The notes under the pieces: generated by a model
What the model was told of the DNA's origin: nothing
The model's database searches: none
Seen by the model: only the letters and a program-made list of their open reading frames with translations
Translations under genes and position numbers: made by a program
DNA from: Alphaproteobacteria bacterium
GTDB lineage: Bacteria; Pseudomonadota; Alphaproteobacteria; MPNO01
Assembly (NCBI GenBank): GCA_964291675.2
Contig: OZ219866.1
Coordinates: 2,208,001-2,272,000 of the forward strand
DNA: 64,000 nt
Direction: 5' to 3'
Shown here: positions 8,862-18,848 of the stretch, in pieces
Numbering within the stretch: the first letter of the stretch is position 1
Layout of the letters: each line of letters begins with the position of its first letter

Positions 8862-9332
8862 TCAATCCCCCGCGAACGCGATCAATCGTCCGCAGACCAG
8901 CGCGCCCAGCCAGCAGACCATGGACAGCACGGCGTGACCGGCGAGCCGGGCGCGCGGGGCGTCCTTGAGCAGGAGCCCGTGGCGCCGGCAGAGGGCGAGC
9001 GCGGACAGGACCGCGACGGCGATGAAGACCAGCTTGAGCTGCAGGAAGCCGACGGCGCCGTATTCCCGCGCCCGCACCGCGAACAGCAGCGGCCCCGTGA
9101 GCAGGGCGAGCACGAGCCCGCTCGCGGCGACGGGGGCGAGCAGCCGCACCGCCGCCTCGCGGGAGATCCCGCGCCACAGGCCGAGCAGCCGCAGGTTGAG
9201 CGGGACCACGGAGCCGATCAAGAGGGCGATGGCGAGGATGTGCGCGGCATTGACGCCGGCATAAAGCCAGCGGGAGCCCCGCAGGGCCTCGGCCAGCGCC
9301 GTCCCTTCCAGCGCGGCGAACAGGGACTCCAA
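8862..9332 (-). CDS. Four-TM membrane protein (DUF6644/DUF2214-like)
   Basis: LRGSRWLY..VNAAHILAIALLIG, ALLTG.LLF, FLQLKL, S..CW...L.CGRLIAF. Confidence 0.7.
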   Translation of the reverse strand: MESLFAALEGTALAEALRGSRWLYAGVNAAHILAIALLIGSVVPLNLRLLGLWRGISREAAVRLLAPVAASGLVLALLTGPLLFAVRAREYGAVGFLQLKLVFIAVAVLSALALCRRHGLLLKDAPRARLAGHAVLSMVCWLGALVCGRLIAFAGD

Positions 9333-9336
9333 GGTC

Positions 9337-9705
9337 TCAGTCGCGCTCGGGGTAGAGCACGTACTCCCGCTTGCCGAGGAACAGCCGCTCCACCTTGACC
9401 CGCCTTTCCGACAGATCGGCGGCGGGCTCGCCGATCACCCGGATCTCGACCCCTTCCGCCAGATCGCCTTCCTTCAGGCCGGCGCGCCGGTTGCGCCAGG
9501 GCTGACCGACCTCGACCCTCCACTCCTCGCCCTCCGCGTCGACCTTCAGGATGCCGTGGGGATTGCCCAGGCGGACGGTCTTGATGATGCCGGTCAGATC
9601 GATATTGCCGCCGGCGGTCCACGACCAGCCGTGATGGGCCAGAGCCCCGGCCGCCGGGGCCGTGAGCCCCAGGGCGAGGACCGCGATCGACAAGAGCCTC
9701 GTCAT
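9337..9705 (-). CDS. Exported OB-fold protein, DUF6152-like (HHG N-terminus after the signal peptide)
   Basis: Signal peptide, then AHHGWS, NPHG, W.VE, YPER; RBS GGAGG; paired with the membrane protein gene. Confidence 0.7.
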   Translation of the reverse strand: MTRLLSIAVLALGLTAPAAGALAHHGWSWTAGGNIDLTGIIKTVRLGNPHGILKVDAEGEEWRVEVGQPWRNRRAGLKEGDLAEGVEIRVIGEPAADLSERRVKVERLFLGKREYVLYPERD

Positions 9706-10008
9706 CGTGCGCCTCCGATGCTTCACGCGCTGCCGGAAAGGTTGCGCCGCACGACCGGACAATCAACCCGGCACTTCCCGGACAGGCAGCGGGTCCATGG
9801 CGATCATACCCCGGGAGTATGGACGACCGTGAGGCGGATCGCGGGGGTGGTGCTCCGGACGCCGCCGCCGGTGCCGCGAGAGCGGGTATCGACACCGGCG
9901 AGCAGAAGGTGGCACGCTTGATCCCGCAACGAGGGTTGCACGGGACGGCGGCACCGGGTCCGGCGGAATTCCGGCGCGGCGTCGTGGCGCGGCTCGACCG
10001 GGGGACGC

Positions 10009-11835
10009 ATGGATCCGATCACGTTTTCGATCATCCGCCATCGCCTGTTTCGCGTCGTCGACGAGGCGGTGATCACGCTGAAACACGTGTCGGGCACCGC
10101 GATCACCAATGAGGGCCACGACCTCATGGCCTCGCTCTACCGCGCCGACGGGTCGCTGCTGATGGGCGGGGTCGGGTTCCTGCATCACCTGACCAGCGCG
10201 GCCGAGGCCTGCAAGGCGATCATCCGCCGCTTCGGGGACGATATCCGCGACGGCGACATCTACCTCCTCAACGATCCCTACACGGCGGCGCTGCACACCT
10301 CCGACGTCTATCTCGTCGCCCCCATCCACCATCGCGGCGAGCTCGTCGCCTGGAGCGCCTGCTTCGTCCATGTCTACGACATCGGCGCGACCAATCCCGG
10401 CGGCTTCTGCCCCGATTCCCGGGACATCTTCACCGAGGGCTATTCCTCGCCGGGCATCCGGCTGGTGAGCGGCGGGACCGTGAACCGGGACGTGCTCGAC
10501 ACCCTGCTCAACATGGTCCGGTCCCCGGAGATGGTCGCGCTCGACATCGCCTCGATGATCGCCTGCAACAACGTCGCGCGCGAGCGCATGCTCGCGCTGA
10601 TCGACAGATACGGCTACGAGACCGTCGATATGGCCTGCCGCACCCTGATCCAGCAATCCGAAGACCTGCTGCGCCGGCGGTTGCGCGACCTGCCCGACGG
10701 GGAGTGGCGTTCACGGCAGTATCTCAGCGTGAAGGACGACGTCTATCGGGTCGCGCTCAAGATGACCAAGCGCGGCGACGCGTTGGAGTTCGACTTCTCC
10801 GGGTCGAGCCCGCAGGCGCCGGTCGCGGTCAACTGCACCAGATGGGCCTCGCTCGGCGGCCTGTTCGCACCGCTGTTTCCCCTGCTGTGTTTCGACATCA
10901 CCTGGAACGAGGGGGTCATTCGCCCGATCAGCATGATCGCGCCGGAGGGCACGATCGTGAACTGCACCCGGCCGGCACCGGTCTCGGTGGCGACGGTGGG
11001 CGCCATCCAGTCGGTGAACAACGCGGCCTGCGCGACCATCGGCAAGATGCTCGACGCAAGCGATGCCCATGCCGAACAGGCCACCGCGGTCTGGCACGCC
11101 AACCACTTCGCGGTCTTCCTGTTCGGCCGCAATCAGTACGGGCAGGACTCGATCGGCACGCTGACCGAGACCTTCGCCGGGTCGGGGGGCGGGCGCAATA
11201 TCGGCGACGGCGTCGATGTCGGCGGCGAGATGCCCAACCCGATCTCGCGCATGGCCAATGTCGAGACGCTGGAGAGCACGCTCCCGCTGCGCTACCTGTT
11301 CCGCCGGCGGGTAACGGATTCGGGCGGTCCCGGCAAGCACCGCGGCGGCACCGGCATGGAGTTCGCGCTCACCCCCCACGATGCGCCCGATGGCGGCCTG
11401 CACTGCGTCATCACCGGCAAGGGTGTGGCGTTTCCGATGAGCGACGGCCTGTCGGGAGGCTATCCGGGCGCGCCCAACCGCTACCAACGGGTGCGCAACG
11501 GCGCCGCGCCGGGCGACGGACGGGCGGCCTTCGCCCGGAGCGTGGCCGAGATGGCGGGCGAGCCCGAGACCGTGAGCTGGGGCGTCTATCCGGTGATGGG
11601 AGGGGATGTCTTCTACCTGCGCTGGAACGGCGCCGGCGGGTACGGCGATCCGCTGGCGCGCGACCCGCAGGCGGTGCTCACGGATTGCGAGGACGGCGTG
11701 GTGTCGATGGAGGCGGCACGCGACGTCTACGGCGTTGTGTTCGAGGGCGGCCGGCCGGCGGTCGATCTTGCCGCCACGGCTGCCAGGCGCCGCGCGCTGA
11801 TGGCCGGGCGCATCGGCCGGGCGGAAGCCGGATGA
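10009..11835 (+). CDS. Hydantoinase B/oxoprolinase family protein (acetone carboxylase alpha-like)
   Basis: MDPITFSII, NDPY..ALHTSD, HVYDIG...PGG, FDFSGSSPQ, DSGGPGKHRGG, GAGGYGDPL.R. Confidence 0.9.
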   Translation: MDPITFSIIRHRLFRVVDEAVITLKHVSGTAITNEGHDLMASLYRADGSLLMGGVGFLHHLTSAAEACKAIIRRFGDDIRDGDIYLLNDPYTAALHTSDVYLVAPIHHRGELVAWSACFVHVYDIGATNPGGFCPDSRDIFTEGYSSPGIRLVSGGTVNRDVLDTLLNMVRSPEMVALDIASMIACNNVARERMLALIDRYGYETVDMACRTLIQQSEDLLRRRLRDLPDGEWRSRQYLSVKDDVYRVALKMTKRGDALEFDFSGSSPQAPVAVNCTRWASLGGLFAPLFPLLCFDITWNEGVIRPISMIAPEGTIVNCTRPAPVSVATVGAIQSVNNAACATIGKMLDASDAHAEQATAVWHANHFAVFLFGRNQYGQDSIGTLTETFAGSGGGRNIGDGVDVGGEMPNPISRMANVETLESTLPLRYLFRRRVTDSGGPGKHRGGTGMEFALTPHDAPDGGLHCVITGKGVAFPMSDGLSGGYPGAPNRYQRVRNGAAPGDGRAAFARSVAEMAGEPETVSWGVYPVMGGDVFYLRWNGAGGYGDPLARDPQAVLTDCEDGVVSMEAARDVYGVVFEGGRPAVDLAATAARRRALMAGRIGRAEAG

Positions 11836-12101
11836 GCACCCGGGTCTCCGAGGCGCTGGAGCGCAGCCAGGGCATGATCTGCTGCCGCGCCTGCGGGCAC
11901 GGGATCGCGCAAGCGGGGACGCCCTGGAAGCCGGCGGCGGCGCTCGACGAGGCGCCGATGCGCGGTGCCGGGGGCGCGGTCTACAGCGCCGGGCCGGAGG
12001 TGTTGCTGCGCCGCTTCTGCTGCCCGGGCTGTGGCGCGTTGCTGGATTGCGAGACGGCGCTCGAGGGCGATCCGTTCCTCGACGACGTGATCTTCGGCTG
12101 A
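11832..12101 (+). CDS. Acetone carboxylase gamma subunit-like zinc-binding protein (89 aa)
   Basis: ATGA overlap with the upstream gene; CRACGH ... RFCCPGCGALLDCE. Confidence 0.75.
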   Translation: MSTRVSEALERSQGMICCRACGHGIAQAGTPWKPAAALDEAPMRGAGGAVYSAGPEVLLRRFCCPGCGALLDCETALEGDPFLDDVIFG

Positions 12102-12144
12102 GGGAGATGCAGATGTACCGTGCCGGGCGCAGGCAGGCGAAGCC

Positions 12145-12831
12145 ATGACCGCGACCGTCCGCCTCGAAGCACGGCCCGGGCCGGTCGAGATCGGGCTCGA
12201 CACCAGCGCGGTCATCGTGAACGACATGCAGAACGCCTTCGTGTCGCCCGGCGGCTATCTCGACAAGGCCGGGTTCGACATCGCGGGCGCGGGGGCCGTG
12301 GTGGACGCCGTCGACACCACGCTCGAAGTCGCCCGTGCGGCCGGGCTGCCGGTGTTCTATTTCCGCAACGGTTTCGATGCCGAGCTTCACGCCGCCCCGG
12401 CCGGCTCGCCCTGGCGGGTAAAGTCCCACGCGCTGCGGCTGATGCGCGAGCGCCCGGAGCTCGAAGGGACCCTGCTGATCCGGGGGAGCTGGGACCACGA
12501 CATCGTCGATGCGCTGACGCCGAGGCCGGGCGACGTCGTGGTCGACAAGACGCGGCCGAGCTGTTTCGCCGGGACCGATCTTCAGATGATGCTGAACGCG
12601 CGCGGCGTCCGCAGCATCGTGGTGGTGGGAATCGCCAGCAATGTGGGCGTCGAGTGGACGCTGCGCGACGGGCTGTCGCGCGAGTTCTTCGGCATCATGC
12701 TGGAGGACGCGACGATGCCGGCGGGGCCCGACTACCTTCAGGCGGCCACGGCGTTCAATGTCGAGACCTTCATCGGCTGGGTCTCCACCAGCGCCGCGTT
12801 CGCGGACGCGCTCGGGGCCGGCCGGCGTTGA
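12145..12831 (+). CDS. Isochorismatase/cysteine hydrolase family protein, RutB-like, with the nucleophile Cys replaced by Gly
   Basis: VNDMQNAF.SPGGYLD.AGFD, GSWD..IVD.L.P, DKTRPS.F, GIASNVGVEWTLRDG. Confidence 0.85.
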   Translation: MTATVRLEARPGPVEIGLDTSAVIVNDMQNAFVSPGGYLDKAGFDIAGAGAVVDAVDTTLEVARAAGLPVFYFRNGFDAELHAAPAGSPWRVKSHALRLMRERPELEGTLLIRGSWDHDIVDALTPRPGDVVVDKTRPSCFAGTDLQMMLNARGVRSIVVVGIASNVGVEWTLRDGLSREFFGIMLEDATMPAGPDYLQAATAFNVETFIGWVSTSAAFADALGAGRR

Positions 12832-14351
12832 GCGCCGGCCCCGACAGCGAGCCCGTCCTCGAGCTCCGGGGCATAACCAAGTCCTACCCGGGCGTGTTGG
12901 CCAACGACGATGTGAGCCTGCGGCTCCACCGTGGCGAGGTTCTGGGCCTGCTGGGCGAGAACGGAGCCGGCAAGTCGACGCTGATGAACATCGTGTCGGG
13001 GCTCGCGACGCCGGATGCGGGCAGCGTTCTGGTCGACGGCGCGCGCGTCCGCATACGCTCGCCGCGCGACGCGATCCGCCTGGGCATCGGCATGGTGCAT
13101 CAGCACTTCCTCCTGGTCCCCACGCTGACGGTGGCGGAGAACGTCATCCTGGGGGACCGCCGGCGGTTCCGCTTGCGGTTGCCGGTCGGCTCGCTGGCGC
13201 GGCAGGTGCGCCGGATTGCCGAGCGATACGCGCTGCCGCTCGATCCCGATGCCGTCGTCGGCACCCTCGACATCGGCGCGCAGCAGCGCGTCGAGATCGT
13301 CAAGGCGCTCTACCGCGACGCCCGCATCCTGATCCTCGACGAACCCACCGCCGTGCTGTCGTCGGCCGAGGCCGACCGGCTGTTCGAAACCGTCCGCACC
13401 CTGGCCGGTCGCGGTGCGTCGGTGATCCTGATCAGCCACAAGCTGGACGACATATTCGCGGTCTGCGAGCGCGTCGCGGTCATGCGCGGCGGGCGGGCGG
13501 TCGCCGAGCGGGAGATCGGCGACGTTGCCAGGGACGAGCTCGTCCGCCTGATGGTGGGCGAGGACATCGCGATGCCGGGCCGCCCGTCCCCCGCCGCCGG
13601 CGGCCGGCCGGTGCTTTCCGTGCGCGGGCTTTCCGTCGCCGGGCGCGGCGGCAGGCCTGCCGTGGACCGCGCGAGCTTCGAGCTGCACGGGGGCGAGATC
13701 CTCGGCCTCGCCGGGGTCGATGGCAACGGCCAGAAGGAGCTCGTCGAGTCCCTCACCGGACTCTGTCCCGCGGCGGCGGGGCGGATATTGATCGACGGCG
13801 AAACGCGGGCCGAGCGCATGAGCGTCCGGCGCAGGCGGCTCGGCGGCATGCGCCACGTGCCGGCGGACCGGCACGCCCATGGCATCCTTCCCGGCCTGTC
13901 GCTCGAACGCAACTTCCTCCTGTCCCATTTCTTCGCCCGGACATTCAACCGCTGGGGCGCGCTGCACAACGGCCGCGCACGCCGCATGCTCGCGGGCCTG
14001 GTTGCCAGGTTCGACGTGCGCGCTCCGGGAACCGGGACCCGCATCGATGCGCTGTCCGGAGGCAACCAGCAGAAGCTCGTCCTCGCCCGCGAGCTCGCCC
14101 TCTCGCCCAGGATTCTGGTCGCGTCCCACCCGACGCGGGGGCTCGACGTCCGCACCATCGCGTTCGTCCGCGCGACCCTGCTGGAGCAGCGCCGGGCGGG
14201 CACCGGCATTCTTCTGGTGTCCTCCGACCTGTCGGAGATCTGGGAGCTCTCCGATCGCATCATGGTCATCGCGGACGGCCGGATACGCGGCCCCGTCGCC
14301 CTGGAACAGGCGGATCTGCAACAGGTCGGGGCGTGGATGACCGGGCGGTGA
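12828..14351 (+). CDS. ABC transporter ATP-binding protein (CUT2/nucleoside type, two ABC domains)
   Basis: GENGAGKST, LILDEPT, LSGGNQQK, PTRGLDV; TTG start overlapping the previous stop. Confidence 0.92.
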   Translation: MSAGPDSEPVLELRGITKSYPGVLANDDVSLRLHRGEVLGLLGENGAGKSTLMNIVSGLATPDAGSVLVDGARVRIRSPRDAIRLGIGMVHQHFLLVPTLTVAENVILGDRRRFRLRLPVGSLARQVRRIAERYALPLDPDAVVGTLDIGAQQRVEIVKALYRDARILILDEPTAVLSSAEADRLFETVRTLAGRGASVILISHKLDDIFAVCERVAVMRGGRAVAEREIGDVARDELVRLMVGEDIAMPGRPSPAAGGRPVLSVRGLSVAGRGGRPAVDRASFELHGGEILGLAGVDGNGQKELVESLTGLCPAAAGRILIDGETRAERMSVRRRRLGGMRHVPADRHAHGILPGLSLERNFLLSHFFARTFNRWGALHNGRARRMLAGLVARFDVRAPGTGTRIDALSGGNQQKLVLARELALSPRILVASHPTRGLDVRTIAFVRATLLEQRRAGTGILLVSSDLSEIWELSDRIMVIADGRIRGPVALEQADLQQVGAWMTGR

Positions 14352-15397
14352 CCGCCGGCTTCCGCCCGCCGCGCGGGCTCGCCGCGCTCGCCGGCGTCGG
14401 CGGGGTCGCGACGATCGCCATCGCCGTTGCCGCCGCCTTCATCGCCGCTTCCGGCGTCGATCCCTGGCATGCGTTCTCGGTGATGGCGGCGCACGCGCTG
14501 GGGTCGGCGGACGGCTTGCTCGAGGTGCTGGTCCGCGCCATCCCGTTCACCATCGCCGGCCTCGGCATCGTCGTCGCGTTTCGCGTCAACGCCTTCAATA
14601 TCGGCGCCGACGGCCAGATCATCGTCGGCGCGATCGCCGCGGTGTGGCTGGCGACCGCGCTTCCCGATCTCGCGGGATGGCTGCTCGCCCCGCTGTTCCT
14701 GATCGCCGGGTTCGTTGCCGGCGGCCTGTTCGGCGGCTTCGCCGGGTGGCTCCGGGCACGCTACAACGCGAGCGAGATCATCAGCACGATCATGCTCAAC
14801 TATGTCGCGATCCAGCTTCTCGGCCACCTCGTGCGCGGGCCGCTGCAGGAGACCATGCGGATCATGCCGCAGTCGGAGCGGGTTCCCGACAGCGTCGTCT
14901 TCGACATCCTGATCGACGGATCGCGCGTCCATGCGGGGCTGATCCTCGCCGTCGTGCTGACCGCCCTGTTCTGGGGGCTCAAGCGGTTGACTGCGTTCGG
15001 ATACAGCCTCCACGCGGTGGGCAGCAACCCGGACGCTGCGCGCTACGGGGGCATCGACGACCGCCGGGTGCTGACTCTCGCCATGGCGCTCTCGGGCGCC
15101 ATGGCCGGGCTCGCCGGGGCGGTCGAGATCGCCGGGCTGCACCATCGCCTGCAGGAGAATTTCGCCCCCGGCTTCGGGATCACCGCGATCGCGGTCGGGC
15201 TGCTCGCGCGGCTCAACCCTTTGCTCGTGCCGGCGATGGCGGTGCTGTTCGGCATCCTCCATGTCGGCTCGGGCGCCATGCAGCGCGAAGCGGCGGTCCC
15301 GCTCCCCATAGTCTGGGTGATCGAAGGCGTCGTCATCCTCGCCTTCCTGGTCTACGGGCGGCTCCGTCCGGGTTCGGCTTCCGCGGCGGCCGGTTGA
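14348..15397 (+). CDS. ABC transporter permease (nucleoside/BMP type)
   Basis: FNIGADGQ, SEIISTIMLNY, GAMAGLAG, GFGITAIAVGLL; multiple TM segments. Confidence 0.9.
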   Translation: MTAGFRPPRGLAALAGVGGVATIAIAVAAAFIAASGVDPWHAFSVMAAHALGSADGLLEVLVRAIPFTIAGLGIVVAFRVNAFNIGADGQIIVGAIAAVWLATALPDLAGWLLAPLFLIAGFVAGGLFGGFAGWLRARYNASEIISTIMLNYVAIQLLGHLVRGPLQETMRIMPQSERVPDSVVFDILIDGSRVHAGLILAVVLTALFWGLKRLTAFGYSLHAVGSNPDAARYGGIDDRRVLTLAMALSGAMAGLAGAVEIAGLHHRLQENFAPGFGITAIAVGLLARLNPLLVPAMAVLFGILHVGSGAMQREAAVPLPIVWVIEGVVILAFLVYGRLRPGSASAAAG

Positions 15398-16332
15398 TGT
15401 GGGACCTGGTGTTCTGGACGGGGTTGCTCGGCGGCGCGTTGCGGCTCGCGACCCCCATCCTGTTCGCCGCAATCGGCGAGACGCTCGCCCAGCGTTCGGG
15501 GGTCCTCAATGTCGGCATCGAGGGAACCATGCTGGCCGGCGCCTTTCTCGGCTTCTACGGGGCCGTGGAGTCCGGCTCGCCCTGGATCGGGCTGCTGGCG
15601 GCGATGGCCGGCGGCGCCCTGTTCGGGCTGCTCCACGCCGTCTTCTGCGTCAGCTTGCGGGTCGACCAGATCGTGGCCGGGATCGCGCTGGTGGTGCTCG
15701 GGCTCGGGCTCTCCGGCTTCGCCTACCGCCTCACCCTCGGCGCCGCCGACCGGCCGCCCGATGCGCCGACCTTCGACCGGCTCGATTTCGGCATGCTCGG
15801 CAGGCTGGACTTCGTCGGCCCGGTCCTGTTCGGCCATCATGCGCTGGTCTATATCGGCATCGGCGCCGCGCTCGCGCTGTTCTGGTTTCTCTACCGCACC
15901 GCGCCGGGTCTTGAGATCCGCGCGATGGGAGAGAGCCCGGCGGCCGCCGATGCCGTCGGCGTGGACGTCGTCCGGACCCGCTATGTCTGCACGATCTTCG
16001 GCGGCGTCATGGCGGGCATCGGCGGCGCCTATCTTTCGATCGGCCAGGTCGGCGGTTTCGTCGAGAACATGGTGTCGGGCCGCGGCTTCATCGCCATCGC
16101 GTGCGTCGTCTTCGGCCGCTGGAACCCGCTGGGCGCCATGTCGGCGGCGCTGTTCTTCGGCCTCGTCGACGCCGCGCAGATCAGGCTCCAGGTGCTCAAC
16201 TCGGACATCCCCTACCAGTTCTTCGTGATGCTGCCCTATGTGCTTGCGGTGGGGTTCCTGATCCTGTTCGCCGGCCGGGCGCGGATGCCCGCTGCGCTGG
16301 GCATCCCGTTCTTCGGCGGGCGGCGGCGCTGA
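15397..16332 (+). CDS. ABC transporter permease (nucleoside/BMP type)
   Basis: ATPILFAAIGE, SGVLNVGIEG, GRGFIAIA.V.FGRWNP, LPY. Confidence 0.9.
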   Translation: MWDLVFWTGLLGGALRLATPILFAAIGETLAQRSGVLNVGIEGTMLAGAFLGFYGAVESGSPWIGLLAAMAGGALFGLLHAVFCVSLRVDQIVAGIALVVLGLGLSGFAYRLTLGAADRPPDAPTFDRLDFGMLGRLDFVGPVLFGHHALVYIGIGAALALFWFLYRTAPGLEIRAMGESPAAADAVGVDVVRTRYVCTIFGGVMAGIGGAYLSIGQVGGFVENMVSGRGFIAIACVVFGRWNPLGAMSAALFFGLVDAAQIRLQVLNSDIPYQFFVMLPYVLAVGFLILFAGRARMPAALGIPFFGGRRR

Positions 16333-16425
16333 GACCGGCGAAGCGATCGCCCGTTGCACGCGAACAGACGACGCGGGATAGTGAATTCGATAACCAAACG
16401 AAGCTCGATCGGGGAGGACAAAATC

Positions 16426-17403
16426 ATGGCCTTTGGACGTTCGATTCTTGCCTGCGCGGCGCTCTTGCTGCTCGCGCCGGTCGCGGTCGATGCCCAGGAC
16501 AAGCCGCTGCGCGTGGCTCTCGTGCTGCCCGGGCCGATCACCGACGGCACTTTCAACTCCGCCGCCAACAAGGGCATCGAGCTCGCCAAGAAGAAATACA
16601 AGCTCGACGTGTCCATGCAGGAGAACACCCCCTTCGCCGGGATGGAGGAGGCGCTGCTCAACTATGCGCGGGCCGGCTATGACGTGGTCATCGGCCACGG
16701 TTTCCAGTTCGCCGAACCGGCCAGGAAGATCCACAAGCGCTTCGCCAAGACGTGGTTCGTCGTAACCATGGCCAAGGTGTCCGGCGGTCCCAACCTCGCG
16801 TCGCTCGACGTGCGGCTCGGCGATTCCGGCTATGTCGCCGGCGCGCTCGCGGCGCTGGTCAGCAAGACCGGCGTGATCGGCACCGTCGGCGGCATTCCGG
16901 TCCCGGTGATCCAGGAATACACCGACGGGTTCGAACGCGGCGCCAAGCGCTTTCGTCCCGACATCGAGGTGCTGTCGGCCTATGTCGGCTCGTTCACCGA
17001 CGTGGCCAAGGCCAAGGAGATCACCACGTCGATGATCGAGCGCCGCGCGGACGTGGTGACCGCCCAGGGCAACGAGTCGGTTATGGGCACCATCAACGCC
17101 GCCAAGGAAGCCAAGATCATGGCGATCGGGACGTTCTTCGACGCGCACATGGCGGCGCCCGAGAGCATCGTATCGACGGCGCTGGTCAACATGGATGTCG
17201 GCATAGATCTGCTGCTCGGCAAGATCATCGACGGGTCCATCGAGCCGCGGAACTACCTGTTCGGCTTCAAGGAAGGCGTGCTCGGCCTCGCGCCGTATCA
17301 CGCCTTCGACGCCAAAATACCCGCCGCAGACAAGGAGAAGATCCGCGCCCTGATCGCCGACATCGAGGCGGGCAAGGTCGAGGACCTGCCGAAGATTCGC
17401 TAG
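16426..17403 (+). CDS. BMP family ABC substrate-binding protein
   Basis: Signal peptide; PGPITDGTFN, GHGFQF, GYVAG, GSFTDVAKAKE; RBS GGAGG. Confidence 0.9.
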   Translation: MAFGRSILACAALLLLAPVAVDAQDKPLRVALVLPGPITDGTFNSAANKGIELAKKKYKLDVSMQENTPFAGMEEALLNYARAGYDVVIGHGFQFAEPARKIHKRFAKTWFVVTMAKVSGGPNLASLDVRLGDSGYVAGALAALVSKTGVIGTVGGIPVPVIQEYTDGFERGAKRFRPDIEVLSAYVGSFTDVAKAKEITTSMIERRADVVTAQGNESVMGTINAAKEAKIMAIGTFFDAHMAAPESIVSTALVNMDVGIDLLLGKIIDGSIEPRNYLFGFKEGVLGLAPYHAFDAKIPAADKEKIRALIADIEAGKVEDLPKIR

Positions 17404-17633
17404 CCGGGCGGGCAAAGACGGGTTCGACGTCCGCTTCGGAGCGCCGAACGCCGGCGTTGGCCGGTTTCAGCGAAAGGCAACTTTGACCGTCGGCGGCGGC
17501 GACCGGCGTTACGAGTTCTTGCAGTTGTCGGGCCTATGCTTGACGCTGAGAACCGGCAGTGAGAGCATGCCGCGGTCGAGCTTCGTTCCGAACTCCCCCA
17601 ACGCGTTGCCCGCCGGGGCCTGGAGGGCGAGCC

Positions 17634-18845
17634 ATGTCGAGGAACCTTGCTGAGTGGCGGGCGGTTCCCGCGTTGCCGCACAGCCACTTCGTCGACAATT
17701 CGATCTACACCGACGAAGCCGTGTTTCGCGAGGAACAGGCGAAGATATTCGGCGGCATCTGGAAGTTCGTCTGCCACGAGGGCGAAATTCCCGATGCCAA
17801 CGATTTTCGCACCTGCCAGGCCGCCGGCCAGCCGCTGGTCGTCACCCGGGGAGAGGACGGCCGGGTGAGGACGTTCGTCAACGCGTGCTCGCACCGGGGC
17901 ACGATGGTGGTCACTGAACCCGCGGGCAATGCCACGCACTGGACCTGCGTCTTCCACCAATGGGTCTACGACAACCTGGGCGCCTGCGTCGCCATACCGC
18001 GGGACGAGGCCTACCGGCATTGCGATATCGACCGTTCGAAGCTCGGCTTGCGCGAGGTGCGCACCGAGGTCCGGCTGGGCCTGGTGTTCGTCAATCTCGA
18101 CGACGGCGCGGAACCGCTCGATGCGTTCCTGGGCGATGCGCTGAGCCCGCTCGAGAGCGTGCTGGGCGAACGGCCGCTGGAGCCGTTCCACTATCATCGC
18201 TGCGTGCTCGACACGAACTGGAAGCTCTGGCAGCTCACCAATACCGAGCCCTACCACGAGTTCATGCACGTCTATAACCGGAAGACGAGCCTCACCCGGA
18301 ACGATTTCTTCGATCGCGCGTTCAACTGCCTGCCCAACGGTCATCTGAGCATCGGCTCCTTCAAGCCCAACTACGCGCGCGGGACCGATTACGGGACGGA
18401 CGAGGTGCGGATGCGGCCGCTCCCGGGCCTCCAGCCCGACGAGTGGATCATCGTCGACCTTTTTCCCGACGTGATGATCAACGTCCGGACGACCGTGGCC
18501 CGCATCGACTCCCTGGTCCCGCTGAGCCCGACGAAGACGCTGGTGGAATACCGCGGCCTCGGGATCAAGGGCGAGCCCGAGGAAGACCGCGCCATGCGCA
18601 TCCGCCACCACAACGACGTGTGGGGACCGTTCGGGCGCAACCTGCCGGAGGACAACCGGGGCACCGAATTGCAGATGAAGGTGATGCGCGGCGATGCGAT
18701 TCCCTACAGCATCCATGCGCGGGAGGAGGGAGGCACCGGCCAGGACGACAAGCCGGTGCGCGCGTTCTTCGCCGAATGGGGCCGGTTGATGGGCCGCGAT
18801 CCGGCAAACCCCTTCAATGGCGCGCCGGCGACCCGGGTTTCGTGA
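17634..18845 (+). CDS. Rieske non-heme iron oxygenase alpha subunit (MsmA-related), copy 1
   Basis: CSH-x17-CVFH Rieske motif; NWKLW..TN.EPYHEFMH; WGPFGRNLPED. Confidence 0.9.
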   Translation: MSRNLAEWRAVPALPHSHFVDNSIYTDEAVFREEQAKIFGGIWKFVCHEGEIPDANDFRTCQAAGQPLVVTRGEDGRVRTFVNACSHRGTMVVTEPAGNATHWTCVFHQWVYDNLGACVAIPRDEAYRHCDIDRSKLGLREVRTEVRLGLVFVNLDDGAEPLDAFLGDALSPLESVLGERPLEPFHYHRCVLDTNWKLWQLTNTEPYHEFMHVYNRKTSLTRNDFFDRAFNCLPNGHLSIGSFKPNYARGTDYGTDEVRMRPLPGLQPDEWIIVDLFPDVMINVRTTVARIDSLVPLSPTKTLVEYRGLGIKGEPEEDRAMRIRHHNDVWGPFGRNLPEDNRGTELQMKVMRGDAIPYSIHAREEGGTGQDDKPVRAFFAEWGRLMGRDPANPFNGAPATRVS

Positions 18846-18848
18846 ACC

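Noticed and set aside
12120-15397. Apparent fusions in the ORF track (743 aa, 918 aa; also 10704-12101, 34440-36011, 40292-42316)
   Set aside because: The N-terminal extensions are off-frame overlaps with upstream genes; the true starts are coupled to the previous stop codons.
17634-18845. Naming the gene msmA (methanesulfonate monooxygenase)
   Set aside because: The Rieske spacer is 17 rather than 26 residues, and no msmC/msmD are nearby.
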